Shown in pieces: positions 11,063 to 23,751 of a stretch of DNA of 64,000 nucleotides. The first letter of the stretch is position 1; every line of letters begins with the position of its first letter. Source of the stretch: Polaromonas sp. (lineage in GTDB: Bacteria > Pseudomonadota > Gammaproteobacteria > Burkholderiales > Burkholderiaceae_C). The position numbers and the translations under genes are program-made. The notes below the pieces were generated by a model. That model searched no databases, was not told where the DNA came from, and saw only the letters and a list, made by a program, of their open reading frames with translations. The stretch is taken from the NCBI GenBank assembly GCA_043769295.1, contig JAYVJL010000156.1, positions 1,913 to 65,912 of the forward strand, read 5' to 3'.

Positions 11063-11066
<4 letters not shown>
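9903..11066 (-). CDS. Glycosyltransferase family 4
   Basis: [43 protein letters not shown]; start overlaps the upstream reductase stop by 4 nt. Confidence 0.8.
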
Positions 11067-12999
<1,933 letters not shown>

Positions 13000-13076
13000 C
13001 TAGCGCTTCATTCGAGTGTTTCAATGGCCCAAATTATAGTCGGGCAGTAAATTCAGCTAAACAACAGAATTGGAAC

Positions 13077-14603
13077 TCAAAACCGCTCTAACTCCGGGTG
13101 AGATAAGGCGCCACCACGAACCAGCATCTTGCCGTATTCTGCACAGCGCTGTAGGGTGGGAATCACTTTGCCGGGGTTCAACAAGCCTTGGGCATCAAAA
13201 GCCCGCTTCACGCCAAACATCTGTTCGTTTTCTGCTGTCGTGAATTGCACGCACATGGAGTTGAGTTTTTCAATACCCACCCCATGTTCCCCTGTCACGG
13301 TGCCCCCCATGGCCACACTGGTTTCCAGGATGTCGGCACCAAACAACTCGCACCGGTGCAGCTGGTCGGCATCGTTCGCATCAAACAAAATCAAGGGGTG
13401 CAAGTTGCCGTCACCTGCATGGAACACATTGGCACAGCGTAATTGGTACTTTTTCTCCATCTCGGCAATGGCCAGCAAAATATCGGCCAGGCGTTTGCGC
13501 GGGATGGTTGAGTCCATGCACATATAGTCTGGGCTGATGCGTCCGGAGGCTGGGAAAGCATTTTTGCGACCGCTCCAGAATTTCAACCGCTCGGCTTCGT
13601 TTTGGCTGATCGCAATGGCACTGGCACCGCTGTCACGCAAGACCTGTGTCATGCGGCCAATTTCCTCTTCCACTTCTTCAGGTGTGCCATCGCTTTCGCA
13701 CAGCAAAATCGCCGCTGCCGTGAGGTCGTAACCCGCATGGACATAGTCTTCCACCGCGGCGGTCATGGGTTTGTCCATCATCTCCAGACCGGCCGGGATG
13801 ATGCCTGCGGCGATCACGGCTGCCACGGCATCACCCGCTTTGCGGATATCGTCAAAACTGGCCATGATGCAGCGCGCCAATTGTGGTTTGGGGATGAGCT
13901 TGACGGTGACTTCGGTGGTCACCGCCAGCATGCCTTCGCTGCCAATAACGAGACTGAGCAAATCATAACCTGAAGCATCCAGCGCAACGCTGCCAAACTC
14001 AATCGCGTCCCCCTCAATGGTGAAACCTTTGACTTTGAGCACGTTATGCACCGTTAAACCATATTTAAGGCAATGCACCCCACCCGAGTTTTCGGCCACA
14101 TTGCCGCCAATGGTGCAGGCAATTTGACTCGAAGGGTCGGGCGCGTAATACAGACCGTGCGGTGCAGCCGCTTCAGAAATCGCCAAATTGCGCACCCCGC
14201 CCTGCACAATGGCGGTACGTTGTGTGCGGTCCACGCTCAAAATCCGGTTGAACTTGGCCATGGACAAGGTTACCCCGAGGGCATTGGGCATGGCTCCCCC
14301 GCTCAAACCCGTGCCGGCGCCGCGAGCCACAACGGGGATGTTCATGGCATGACAAGTCTTCAAAACATCCTGTACTTGCTGGTACGTTTCAGGCAGCGCA
14401 ACCACCAAAGGACGCTGACGATACGCGGTCAAACCGTCACATTCAAAGGGCGTGGTGTCTTCTGCATGCCACAAAAGCGCGTGTGCGGGCATCACACGCT
14501 GCAGGGCCTGGACGACCTTGGCTTGCAGGGATGACGTGTCGATTACAGATGCAGACGTGGTTGATTGGGTCATTGGCGGTGATTGGAGGGGGGTTGAAGT
14601 CAT
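13077..14603 (-). CDS. FAD-linked oxidase, glycolate oxidase subunit GlcD-like
   Basis: VVARGAGTGLSGGA..GGNVAENSGG..ITGEHGVGIEK-type motifs. Start placed at the ATG at 14603 (AAGGA 7 nt upstream); the track ORF starts at 14675. No glcE/glcF is adjacent. Confidence 0.8.
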   Translation of the reverse strand: MTSTPLQSPPMTQSTTSASVIDTSSLQAKVVQALQRVMPAHALLWHAEDTTPFECDGLTAYRQRPLVVALPETYQQVQDVLKTCHAMNIPVVARGAGTGLSGGAMPNALGVTLSMAKFNRILSVDRTQRTAIVQGGVRNLAISEAAAPHGLYYAPDPSSQIACTIGGNVAENSGGVHCLKYGLTVHNVLKVKGFTIEGDAIEFGSVALDASGYDLLSLVIGSEGMLAVTTEVTVKLIPKPQLARCIMASFDDIRKAGDAVAAVIAAGIIPAGLEMMDKPMTAAVEDYVHAGYDLTAAAILLCESDGTPEEVEEEIGRMTQVLRDSGASAIAISQNEAERLKFWSGRKNAFPASGRISPDYMCMDSTIPRKRLADILLAIAEMEKKYQLRCANVFHAGDGNLHPLILFDANDADQLHRCELFGADILETSVAMGGTVTGEHGVGIEKLNSMCVQFTTAENEQMFGVKRAFDAQGLLNPGKVIPTLQRCAEYGKMLVRGGALSHPELERF

Positions 14604-14687
14604 GGGCATATCCTTATCATCACACTGTAAAGCAAACTTACTGCGTGTGCATTGAGTAAATTTGCAGTGATGCATGAAAAATAAATT

Positions 14688-14733
14688 GCTACATATTTAA
14701 TAGCAAATCAGGCAATAAATACGACGGCTAGAT
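14688..14733 (+). repeat. Dispersed ~45-bp AT-rich repeat, forward copy
   Basis: gctacatatttaatagcaaatcaggcaataaatacgacggctagat; 40 of 46 identical to the copy at 1001. Confidence 0.8.
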
Positions 14734-14765
14734 TAAAAATTAGCCCTAAATATGGCATTTCCAGC

Positions 14766-15650
14766 TCAAATCAGGCTGTTTTTCAGCCAATCAGCAAAGA
14801 CAACGCACTCCCAACGCTCCATCACGCCCGTTCGCCAGCACAGGTAATGGGCATGGGGGCTGGTGCTGTTTCTGATGAATTCATCATGGTAGCCAAGCCG
14901 CACCAGCGTGCCCTGCTCAATCCACGGTGCTGCCAACTTCAAACGAACCAAGGCAACGCCCATCCCCGCAGCTGCGGCATCACAAAGCAAACCCATGTCG
15001 TTGAACTGTGATCCATCCAGAGGTTCTGACCAATCAAGATTGAGGGCTGAAAACCAGGTGCGCCAAGGTTCTAGCGGACTGCGCAGCAGTTTGGCAGCGC
15101 GGAAATCGTCAAGTGTTTCAAAAGGACCGTGCTCTCGCACATACAAAGGAGAAGCCATCGGGGTGATCTCGTCCTTCATCACGCAGACATGCTCAAGATC
15201 TGAATAGCGACCTGTGCCAAAGCGCACGATCAAATCGGCATCCTCCGCCACCACATCCAGCAAAGGAATCGAAACCTGAATGGTGACATCAATCTCTGGA
15301 TAAGCTTCAGTGAACTGGCCCAGACGCGGCAGCAAAATGGTACGGGAAAAGGTAGGCGGTGCCGCCAATCGCAGTTTACGCCGCCCTAAAGCAGGTGTTT
15401 TGCCGGGGAATTTCTGCAGAATGGACAAACCTTCACGCACATGCGCCAGATACTCACTTCCCTCTACAGTCAATGAAAAATCACTCCGACCAAAGAGGCG
15501 GGTCCCAACGATTTGCTCCAGCTGCTTAACACGATGGCTGACTGCGCTGGGCGTGACGAACAACTCCTCTGCTGTTTGCGTCACGCTGCGCAGACGTGCC
15601 AAGGCTTCAAAAGTCAGCAAGCATTGAATCGGTGGAATACGAACTGACAA
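14766..15650 (-). CDS. LysR-family transcriptional regulator
   Basis: N-terminal wHTH (FEALARLRSVTQTAEELFVTPSAVSHRVKQLE) plus a LysR substrate-binding domain. Confidence 0.85.
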   Translation of the reverse strand: MSVRIPPIQCLLTFEALARLRSVTQTAEELFVTPSAVSHRVKQLEQIVGTRLFGRSDFSLTVEGSEYLAHVREGLSILQKFPGKTPALGRRKLRLAAPPTFSRTILLPRLGQFTEAYPEIDVTIQVSIPLLDVVAEDADLIVRFGTGRYSDLEHVCVMKDEITPMASPLYVREHGPFETLDDFRAAKLLRSPLEPWRTWFSALNLDWSEPLDGSQFNDMGLLCDAAAAGMGVALVRLKLAAPWIEQGTLVRLGYHDEFIRNSTSPHAHYLCWRTGVMERWECVVFADWLKNSLI

Positions 15651-15686
15651 AGCAGATTACCTAAACTGTTTTGCCAATTCTGGCGG

Positions 15687-17384
15687 TCACTTCTTATCGC
15701 GAAGTTCACGACGCAGTATTTTCCCAACCGGTGTCTTAGGCAGCTCGGTACGGAATTCGACCACTTTGGGCTGTTTGTAACCCGTTAAGTTGGTCTTGCA
15801 ATAGGCGCGCACATCAGCTTCTGTCAATGATTCATTCTTTTTCACGATCACCAGTTTAACCGCTTCGCCTGATTTATCGTCGGCCACGCCCACGGCGGCG
15901 CACTCCATCACGCCGGCCAAACCTGAGACCACATCTTCAATTTCGTTGGGATACACATTGAAGCCACTGACCAAAATCATGTCTTTTTTGCGGTCCACAA
16001 TTTTGAAGTAGCCACGCTCGTCCATGGTACCAATGTCACCCGACTTGAAATAACCGTCTGGTGTCATCACTTTTGCAGTTTCATCAGGACGCTGCCAATA
16101 GCCAGCCATGACCTGTGGGCCTTTGATGGCGATCTCACCAGGCTGTCCCAGGGGGACATCCTGGCCATCGTCATCCAGCAATTTCATCCAGGTGCCAGGC
16201 AAAGGCACACCAATGCTACCTGTGAAGCTGGTAATGGTCACCGGATTGCAGCTCACGGAAGGCGAAGTTTCAGACAAACCGTAGCCCTCACAAATCGCAC
16301 AGCCCGTTTTCTCCAACCACAACTTGGCCACTGCGCTTTGCACCGCCATGCCACCACCCACAGAGACTTTGAGATGAGACCAATCCACCGTATTGAAATC
16401 CGGGTGATTGGCCAAGCCGTTGAACAAGGTGTTCACGGCGGGGAAGCTGTGGATCGTGTGCTTCGACAACTCCTTGAGCACTGCGGGCATATCGCGCGGA
16501 TTGGGGATCAAAATCAGTTTGCCCCCCGTACGCATCGACAGCATCATACCAACTGTGAAGGCAAAAATATGATACAGCGGCAGCGCACAAACACTGGTGG
16601 GCTGCTCATTGGCTGGCACCCGGGCCATCACCGGGGCATTCCAAGCTTCCGATTGCAAGACATTGGCAATCACATTACTGTGCAACAACACAGCACCTTT
16701 GCTGACGCCTGTGGTGCCGCCGGTGTACTGCAAGACAGCGACATCCGTTGCTTTGATGCTTGGCTTGCTCAACGTGCCCCGCGTCCCTTTGGCAACCGCA
16801 TCGTTGAAACGCACGGCACCCGGCAAGGTGTACCCGGGTACCATCTTCTTGACATGCCGCACCACGTAATTGACCAGCGCACCTTTGAGCAAACCAAGCT
16901 GGTCACCCATGGCGCAAAGAACCACATGTTTGACCGGTGTTGCAGCGATGCATTGCTCCAGCGTACTGGCAAAGTTTTCGATGATGACAATCGCTTTGGC
17001 ACCGGAGTCTTTGAGTTGATGCTCCAACTCGCGCGGGGTGTACAGCGGATTCACGTTCACGACAACCAAACCCGCACGCAAAATAGCGGCTACCGCTATA
17101 GGGTACTGCGGCACGTTGGGCATCATGATGGCGACACGGTCACCCTGTTTGAGTCCCAAACTTTGCAGATACACCGCAAACGCTGCACTCAAGCTGTCTG
17201 TCTGAGCATAGGTCACCTCTTTGCCCATGAAGCTGTAGGCCGTACTGCCAGCATGCTTTTTGAAGCTTTCTTCCATCAAGCCGACCAACGAGCTGTATTG
17301 CGACTTATCAATATCAGCGGCCACACCTGCCGGATAGGCCGACAGCCAAGGGCGAGATGTAGAAATATCAGTCGAATCGCTCAT
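15687..17384 (-). CDS. fadD: Long-chain fatty acid--CoA ligase
   Basis: AMP-binding motifs LQYTGGTTGVSKGAVLLHSN, GYGLSETSP, SGDIG..DERGYFKIVDRKKDMI, PKTPVGKILRREL. Confidence 0.85.
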   Translation of the reverse strand: MSDSTDISTSRPWLSAYPAGVAADIDKSQYSSLVGLMEESFKKHAGSTAYSFMGKEVTYAQTDSLSAAFAVYLQSLGLKQGDRVAIMMPNVPQYPIAVAAILRAGLVVVNVNPLYTPRELEHQLKDSGAKAIVIIENFASTLEQCIAATPVKHVVLCAMGDQLGLLKGALVNYVVRHVKKMVPGYTLPGAVRFNDAVAKGTRGTLSKPSIKATDVAVLQYTGGTTGVSKGAVLLHSNVIANVLQSEAWNAPVMARVPANEQPTSVCALPLYHIFAFTVGMMLSMRTGGKLILIPNPRDMPAVLKELSKHTIHSFPAVNTLFNGLANHPDFNTVDWSHLKVSVGGGMAVQSAVAKLWLEKTGCAICEGYGLSETSPSVSCNPVTITSFTGSIGVPLPGTWMKLLDDDGQDVPLGQPGEIAIKGPQVMAGYWQRPDETAKVMTPDGYFKSGDIGTMDERGYFKIVDRKKDMILVSGFNVYPNEIEDVVSGLAGVMECAAVGVADDKSGEAVKLVIVKKNESLTEADVRAYCKTNLTGYKQPKVVEFRTELPKTPVGKILRRELRDKK

Positions 17385-17462
17385 GCACTTGCTCCAAAAA
17401 TGACAGCTTCTTAATCGAAAAATTTAGTTAGACGCTATATTTAATCGCCTGATTCAATTGGC

Positions 17463-18887
17463 TTATTCAATCGCCTTGGCCATGTCTTCCACCACTTTTT
17501 TGGCATCGCCAAACACCATCATGGTTTTGTCCATGTAGAACAATTCGTTGTCCAAACCAGCATAACCAGCGGCCATACTGCGTTTGTTCACGATGATCGT
17601 CTTCGCTTTATAGGCCTCCAAAATAGGCATGCCGTAAATAGCGCTGCCTTTGACGTGTGCAGCAGGATTAACCACATCGTTAGCGCCCAAAATAATAGCC
17701 ACATCAACTTGTCCAAACTCGCCATTGATGTCTTCCATCTCAAATACCTGGTCGTAAGGCACTTCGGCTTCAGCCAGCAAGACATTCATGTGGCCAGGCA
17801 TACGGCCCGCAACGGGGTGAATCGCGTATTTGACGTTGATGCCTTTTTCGGTCAATTTGGCGGCCAATTCTTTCACCGCGTGCTGTGCGCGCGCCACAGC
17901 CAAACCGTAGCCAGGAACAATCACCACGGTCTCAGCGTTGGACAGGACAAACGCAGCATCATCCGCACTGCCTGATTTCACAGGACGTTGCACCGCACCG
18001 CCAGCCACGGCTGTGACAGCCTCACCGCCAAAGCCACCCAAAATCACATTGAAAAATGAGCGATTCATGGCTTTGCACATGATGTAGCTCAAAATCGCAC
18101 CGGATGAGCCAACCAGCGAACCCGCAATGATCAGCATCGCGTTGTTCAAGCTGAAGCCGATACCCGCCGCCGCCCAGCCAGAATAGCTGTTCAGCATGGA
18201 CACCACCACCGGCATGTCTGCGCCACCAATCGGGATGATGATGAGCACGCCCATGACAAACGCCAGCGCGAGCATGAGGAAAAATGCTGTCCAGTTTTCA
18301 GTGAATGTGAAGACCAAGCCCAAGGCCAATGTGACCAAGCCCAGCACCAGATTAATCATGTGCTGACCAGAAAACTGCACTGGAGCACCCTGGAACAAGC
18401 GGAATTTGTACTTGCCGCTGAGTTTGCCAAACGCAATCACCGAACCGCTGAATGTCAATGCACCAATGGCGGCCCCCAGGAACAACTCAAGCCGGTTACC
18501 TGCCGGTATCGCCATGCCTTTAGCCACAATGCCGAACGCATACGGCTCGGCGACTGCCGCGACGGCAATAAACACGGCCGCCAAACCAATCATGCTGTGC
18601 ATGAACGCGACCAGTTCGGGCATTTTGGTCATCTCGACCTTGTTGGCCATGTACGCCCCCAAACTGCCGCCCAAAACCAATGCGATCAACAAATTGACCA
18701 TGCCAGCCATGTTGCCGCTGGAGAGTTTGTAGATCAAGGCAGCCGTCGTGACAGCGGCTATCGCCATACCGATCATGCCAAACAAATTACCACGAATCGA
18801 CGTGGTCGGATGGCTCAAACCTTTGAGCGCCTGGATAAAGCAAATCGAAGCTATCAAATACAAAAGGGTGACTAGGCTCATGCTCAT
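17463..18887 (-). CDS. pntB: NAD(P) transhydrogenase subunit beta
   Basis: Multi-TM N-terminal part plus dIII domain ([45 protein letters not shown]). Confidence 0.95.
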   Translation of the reverse strand: MSMSLVTLLYLIASICFIQALKGLSHPTTSIRGNLFGMIGMAIAAVTTAALIYKLSSGNMAGMVNLLIALVLGGSLGAYMANKVEMTKMPELVAFMHSMIGLAAVFIAVAAVAEPYAFGIVAKGMAIPAGNRLELFLGAAIGALTFSGSVIAFGKLSGKYKFRLFQGAPVQFSGQHMINLVLGLVTLALGLVFTFTENWTAFFLMLALAFVMGVLIIIPIGGADMPVVVSMLNSYSGWAAAGIGFSLNNAMLIIAGSLVGSSGAILSYIMCKAMNRSFFNVILGGFGGEAVTAVAGGAVQRPVKSGSADDAAFVLSNAETVVIVPGYGLAVARAQHAVKELAAKLTEKGINVKYAIHPVAGRMPGHMNVLLAEAEVPYDQVFEMEDINGEFGQVDVAIILGANDVVNPAAHVKGSAIYGMPILEAYKAKTIIVNKRSMAAGYAGLDNELFYMDKTMMVFGDAKKVVEDMAKAIE

Positions 18888-19213
18888 TTTGAAGCCCCTT
18901 CGGTCGATGCAACAGCGACTTTTTTCTCTTTCTTCTTGAACATCTCAAGCATGCGCCGCGTGACCAAAAAGCCACCGAACACATTGACTGCCGCCAACGC
19001 CACGGCCAAAAACCCCATGGTTTGACCCAGCTTGGTTTCTGTCAACGCAGCCGCCAGCATGGCACCGACGATAACAATGGCTGAAATCGCATTGGTTACG
19101 GCCATCAATGGCGTATGCAAAGCGGGTGTCACCGTCCACACCACGTGGTAACCCACGTAGATGGCCAAGACGAAAATAATTAAGTTGAGAATGGTGGGGG
19201 AAACGATATCCAT
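18884..19213 (-). CDS. pntAB: NAD(P) transhydrogenase subunit alpha, part 2 (membrane)
   Basis: 109-aa hydrophobic protein ([19 protein letters not shown]) between pntAA and pntB; 4-nt overlap with pntB. Confidence 0.9.
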   Translation of the reverse strand: MDIVSPTILNLIIFVLAIYVGYHVVWTVTPALHTPLMAVTNAISAIVIVGAMLAAALTETKLGQTMGFLAVALAAVNVFGGFLVTRRMLEMFKKKEKKVAVASTEGASK

Positions 19214-19249
19214 GATTGTTCCTAGTATTTATTATTGTGTGCTTTGTAT

Positions 19250-20377
19250 TTACTTGCGCTTGAGTTCGCCGCCTTGCGCCATCAGGCAAGCGGCCACAAT
19301 GTCGTCTTCCATATCAACATGTAAGGTGCCTTCTTTGTTGATGATGAGCTTCAAAAAGTCGAACACGTTACGGGCATACAGCGCGGAGGCATCTGCTGCG
19401 ACCAGGGCGGGCAGGTTGGTATCGCCCACGATGGTGACACCGTGCTTGACAACTGTTTTATCGGCTTCTGAAATGGAGCAATTGCCGCCACCATTGGGAC
19501 CTTTACCAGCGGCAATGTCGATGATGACCGAACCCGGTTTCATGGACTTGACCATGTCTTCTGTGATCAAGGTGGGGGCCGGACGACCTGGAATCAGCGC
19601 GGTGGAAATCACCACGTCGGCCAGTGCCACGCGCTTGGCCACTTCAACCGCTTGACGCGCCAACCAGCTGGGCGGCATCGGCTTGGCGTAGCCACCCACG
19701 CCAGCGGCCGCTTCTTTTTCTTCATCGGTGTCGTAGGACACGTCAATGAATTTACCGCCCAAAGATTCGATTTGCTCTTTCACGCTGGGGCGCACGTCTG
19801 AGGCTTCAATCACGGCACCCAGGCGCTTGGCAGTCGCAATCGCCTGCAAACCAGCCACACCCACACCCAAAATCACCACGCGAGCAGCTTTCACTGTGCC
19901 AGCAGCAGTCATCAACATGGGGAAAAAGCGCTGGTATTTGTCGGCCGCCATCATCACGGCCTTGTAACCGGCAATGTTGGCTTGGCTGGACAACACGTCC
20001 ATGCTTTGCGCGCGGGTGGTGCGAGGCGCGGCTTCCAGGGCAAAACCTGTCAGTCCTGCACCGGCCAAACGCTGCAGACCATCGGCTTCAAACGGATTCA
20101 ACATGCCGACCAGAGCCGCGCCAGATTTCATCAACTTGGTTTCTGTATCGGTGATATTGCGTACTTTGAGCACCAAATCACAGGCGAATGCGCCAGCAAC
20201 ATCCGTGATTTCGGCACCAGCGGCCACAAAAGCTTCATCGGTGACACTGGCAGCAACACCAGCACCCGACTGGACGCGCAGGGTATGACCTTGGGCTTTG
20301 AGTTTTTTAACCGTCTCGGGGGTGACAGCGACGCGGGTTTCGCCTGCCAAAGTTTCGGCGGGTATGCCAATCAGCAT
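19250..20377 (-). CDS. pntAA: NAD(P) transhydrogenase subunit alpha, part 1 (dI)
   Basis: MLIGIPAETLAGETRVAVTPETVKKL..VVILGVGVAGLQAIATAKRLGA, alanine dehydrogenase/PNT fold. Confidence 0.95.
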   Translation of the reverse strand: MLIGIPAETLAGETRVAVTPETVKKLKAQGHTLRVQSGAGVAASVTDEAFVAAGAEITDVAGAFACDLVLKVRNITDTETKLMKSGAALVGMLNPFEADGLQRLAGAGLTGFALEAAPRTTRAQSMDVLSSQANIAGYKAVMMAADKYQRFFPMLMTAAGTVKAARVVILGVGVAGLQAIATAKRLGAVIEASDVRPSVKEQIESLGGKFIDVSYDTDEEKEAAAGVGGYAKPMPPSWLARQAVEVAKRVALADVVISTALIPGRPAPTLITEDMVKSMKPGSVIIDIAAGKGPNGGGNCSISEADKTVVKHGVTIVGDTNLPALVAADASALYARNVFDFLKLIINKEGTLHVDMEDDIVAACLMAQGGELKRK

Positions 20378-20541
20378 GAATGGTCTCCTTGATTATTTTA
20401 ATGGTTGTGCATAGGGCTTTCCTGCAGCGACACGCCAGCGCGCCTTGCAGCAAAGTATCTGACCTGTAGCTTACATCAAAATACCACTCGTTCGGCTCGG
20501 GATAAACGCGCACTATGCCCAGTAGAGGTGACACCCTAAAT

Positions 20542-20585
20542 GCTACTATAAATATAGCAAATAACCTTTATATAACGCCGGGTAA
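20542..20585 (+). repeat. Divergent forward copy of the dispersed repeat
   Basis: gctactataaatatagcaaataacctttatataacgccgggtaa; first module intact, second module degraded. Confidence 0.5.
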
Positions 20586-20640
20586 ACACGTGATTCATTA
20601 AAATGAATGTATTTTTAACATTCGAATCTGTCAGAAACAT

Positions 20641-21651
20641 TCAGTCTGCCTTGATCTGTGCGCGCTGAACAATATCTTTCCAGATTTTTTGTTCCCCCGC
20701 AATGAATTTGGCAAAATCAGCCGAAGATCCGCCCCCGCTGACCGCGTTGTCGTTGGCAAAACGTTCGGTGATGGCGCTCGATTTCATCGCTTTTAAGCAT
20801 TCTTCCTGGATGCGTTTGACAATATCCGCCGGCGTGCCTGCAGGTGCCAACAAGCCATACCATTGCGAGGTTTCGAAGTTTTTATAGCCCATTTCGGCTA
20901 CGGTTGGCACGTCAGGCAGATGAGAGACCCGTTTCTGCGTCCCGACGGCAATCGCCCGCAGCTTGCCGCTTTTAATATGCGCGCTCAAGGCCGGCAAACC
21001 CGCTGATGAAGCCTGCGTGCGCCCCGTCAGCAAATCAGTCAACTGCGGCCCCGTGCCCCGGTATGGGATATGGGTGATGAACATACCCGTCACCAGCTTG
21101 AGGTATTCCATCGCTAGGTGCCCCGCGCTGGCGTTGCCCGCCGAGCCATAGTTCAGCTTACCCGGATTGGCTTTGACGTACGCCACAAATTCCTTGAAAT
21201 CCTTGGCGGGTACATCCGCATGGATCACGAACACATTGGGCACTTTGGCCAGCAAAGTCACCGGCATGAAGTCTTTGTTGACGTCATAAGGCTGATTTTT
21301 CAGCATATACGGGTTCACCGCCAGCGTCCCCACATGACCCAAAATCAGTGTATGACCATCAGGAGTCGACTTGGCCACATCCTGCATCGCCACCACGCCG
21401 GCGCCGCCGGGCTTGTTTTCAACGAACACGCTTTGTCCGAGCTGTTTGGTCAGCTCCACAGCCACCGAACGGGCGACAATCTCCGAGGTGCCACCCGGCG
21501 CAAAGGGGACCACCAGCCGAATCGGCTTAGAGGGCCAGCTCGACGGTGTAATCTGGGCAAATGCTGACGGCACGGCGATGCCAGCGGCCATACTGGTGGA
21601 AAATACAGCAGCCGCCTGCAAAAGCTCGCGGCGGGAGGGAGATGTGTTCAT
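20641..21651 (-). CDS. Bug-family (TctC-like) tripartite tricarboxylate transporter substrate-binding protein
   Basis: Tat-like signal (SRRELLQAAAV..AFA), then WPSKPIRLVVPFAPGGTSEIVARS..NYGSAGNASAGHL. Confidence 0.85.
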   Translation of the reverse strand: MNTSPSRRELLQAAAVFSTSMAAGIAVPSAFAQITPSSWPSKPIRLVVPFAPGGTSEIVARSVAVELTKQLGQSVFVENKPGGAGVVAMQDVAKSTPDGHTLILGHVGTLAVNPYMLKNQPYDVNKDFMPVTLLAKVPNVFVIHADVPAKDFKEFVAYVKANPGKLNYGSAGNASAGHLAMEYLKLVTGMFITHIPYRGTGPQLTDLLTGRTQASSAGLPALSAHIKSGKLRAIAVGTQKRVSHLPDVPTVAEMGYKNFETSQWYGLLAPAGTPADIVKRIQEECLKAMKSSAITERFANDNAVSGGGSSADFAKFIAGEQKIWKDIVQRAQIKAD

Positions 21652-21693
21652 GGTGTGTCTCTGGTGGTGTTGCTGAAGGTTAGCGTTGAAACA

Positions 21694-22449
21694 TCAGAAC
21701 TGGTATCGGCGCAAACCCCCATCGACCGCAATAACCGTGCCGGTGATGTAGCTGGCCAAAGGCGAAGACAGGAAGCACACCAGGTTGGCCAGTTCCTCGG
21801 GCTCACCGTAGCGACCCACCGGAATTTCGTTGTCCGACTGCCATTGGCGGTATTCCGGCGTGTAATTGCGCAAAATCTGCTCTGACAAAATGCGCCCTGG
21901 TGGTACGCAGTTGACAGTGATGCCATCCTTACCCACCATGCGCGACAAGCCTTTCGCCCAGCTGTGGATACCGGCTTTGGCGCAAAACGCACCGTTCACG
22001 TGCTCGGGCTCGCTTTTGCCGGTGATGTTGATGATGCGACCCCATTTGTTGGCGATCATTTGGTCAATCAGCGCATCGGTCACCTGGCGTGGTCGGTGAA
22101 AATTGAGCGTGATCGCCTCTTGCCAGCGGTCTTCAGAGACATGCAACTCATTAAAACTGCGCGAGCCACCGGCGTTGTTGATCAAAATATCCACCTGCCC
22201 CAAGCCTTTGATGGCGGCAGCGGCAAGGGTTTGGGCGGCGTCTTCGGCGTATAAATCCGACGCAATCACCACGGGGCGCTTGCCTCCATTGTTGACGATG
22301 TCGTCTGCCACCTCGTTCAGCAGGGCGACGCGGCGCGCCGAAATCGCCAGCTGTACGCCCTCTTTGGCCAGTGCAAAGGCGATGCTTTTGCCAATGCCGG
22401 TGCTGGCACCGGTGACCAACGCGGTTTTGTTGCTGAGCTGCAAGTCCAT
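21694..22449 (-). CDS. SDR-family oxidoreductase
   Basis: TALVTGASTGIGKS..NNAG..FCAKAGIHSWAKGLS; classical SDR length and motifs. Confidence 0.85.
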   Translation of the reverse strand: MDLQLSNKTALVTGASTGIGKSIAFALAKEGVQLAISARRVALLNEVADDIVNNGGKRPVVIASDLYAEDAAQTLAAAAIKGLGQVDILINNAGGSRSFNELHVSEDRWQEAITLNFHRPRQVTDALIDQMIANKWGRIINITGKSEPEHVNGAFCAKAGIHSWAKGLSRMVGKDGITVNCVPPGRILSEQILRNYTPEYRQWQSDNEIPVGRYGEPEELANLVCFLSSPLASYITGTVIAVDGGLRRYQF

Positions 22450-22473
22450 AATTCTCCTCTTTATTGATGAAAT

Positions 22474-22518
22474 TTACTATGAAATTAATAGCATTCTAGG
22501 CAATGAATAAACCGTCTA
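22474..22518 (+). repeat. Divergent forward copy of the dispersed repeat
   Basis: ttactatgaaattaatagcattctaggcaatgaataaaccgtcta. Confidence 0.55.
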
Positions 22519-22563
22519 ATGACCTATTTGATGCCTAAATTTATGCGGATGCCGTTTTTTTGC

Positions 22564-23751
22564 TTAATCTGACCCCAATTGCAGTCGGCTGGGCTGCCGT
22601 TTCTCTATCGCCCACTTCAAGAGCGCTGCAGAGCGGAAAATGCCGTGCGCAAACTTGCCATACGGCAGGGTGACAAACAGCGCCATCACGACGCCCAGAT
22701 GCACCGCCAGCAACAGCGCCATGGCTGCGCTATCGCGCCAGGTCAGCAGCGCCAAACCGGTTCCACTGGTCAACAGCAGCAAGGCAATGAAGCCTCTGTC
22801 CATCGACTTTTGGCTCGCATCCCCCGTGTTCGGGTCGCGCCGCAGGTTCAGCCACAGCAGCCCGGCGGGGCCGATCAGCAAGCCGATGCCGCCTACCGTG
22901 CCCAGCAAAACGGGCAAGCTGGTCAGCGCGTAGGGTGCTTGCCACTTGAAAAGATAGTGGTACACCGTGGCCACACTGGTGGCGGCAAAACAGAGCATAA
23001 AACCGTAAAAAGTGGCGTGGTGAAAGCGTTTGCGCCACAACGTCCAGGCGTCGTCCTCGTTGTTGCAGCCTTCGCCATGACCACCGCCCAGGTATTTGAG
23101 GCGCAGCACGTCTGTTGTCGCCTCTGTTGCCGCTTCCGAGGTGACTTGTCCCGTTGCATCGTGCGTCGTGACGTTTTTCCAAAACTGCCACACGCCGATG
23201 CTCAACGCCAGCACTACAAAGCTGAAAATCGGCAGGAACATCGTCACCAGCAGGTTGTGGGGGAAGATGGCGTAGAAGTTACCTGCCAGCGGTATATTGA
23301 AAAGTGATCCTTGCATCATCACCGCCAACACCAAAAACAGCGCCAAACCGCCTGCCAGCGCCAAAGCCACCGTCAAGCCATTGCGTTTGTACAAAGCGCC
23401 CAGCGCACTCGGCCAAGCGTAGTCGGCATAGGTTTGACCGCGCACCTGCGCCATGCTTCGCGGCACATTGACGGCAAACTCGTGCGGCGGCGCGTACTGG
23501 CAGGCGTGGTAGCAGGCGCCGCAGTTGTGGCACAAATTGGCGAGGTAATGAATGTCGGCCTTGCCAAACGCCAGCCGCCGCGTCATGGCGGGGAACACCG
23601 CGCAAAAGCCCTCGCAGTAGCGGCAAGCGTTGCAAATTTGCAGTTGGCGGGCGACTTCTTGCTCGTTTGCCGTCAACGGTAGCGCCGAAAATGCGAGCTC
23701 ACCTCTGGCCAAGGCTGCAGCTTCCTTTGTGAGTGCTTCAAGTTGCTGCAT
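22564..23751 (-). CDS. tcuB: Tricarballylate utilization 4Fe-4S membrane protein TcuB-like
   Basis: Two Cys clusters ([11 protein letters not shown] and [11 protein letters not shown]) followed by multiple TM helices; sits directly after the tcuA-like gene with a 14-nt overlap. Confidence 0.8.
   Translation of the reverse strand: MQQLEALTKEAAALARGELAFSALPLTANEQEVARQLQICNACRYCEGFCAVFPAMTRRLAFGKADIHYLANLCHNCGACYHACQYAPPHEFAVNVPRSMAQVRGQTYADYAWPSALGALYKRNGLTVALALAGGLALFLVLAVMMQGSLFNIPLAGNFYAIFPHNLLVTMFLPIFSFVVLALSIGVWQFWKNVTTHDATGQVTSEAATEATTDVLRLKYLGGGHGEGCNNEDDAWTLWRKRFHHATFYGFMLCFAATSVATVYHYLFKWQAPYALTSLPVLLGTVGGIGLLIGPAGLLWLNLRRDPNTGDASQKSMDRGFIALLLLTSGTGLALLTWRDSAAMALLLAVHLGVVMALFVTLPYGKFAHGIFRSAALLKWAIEKRQPSRLQLGSD

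Noticed and set aside
13037-13065. Possible degenerate relic of the AT-rich repeat downstream of the glcD-like stop (attatagtcgggcagtaaattcagctaaa); a similar one lies at about 17428-17470 downstream of the fadD stop
   Set aside because: Similarity is only about 60% by eye over a short AT-rich stretch, which is too weak to call as copies.
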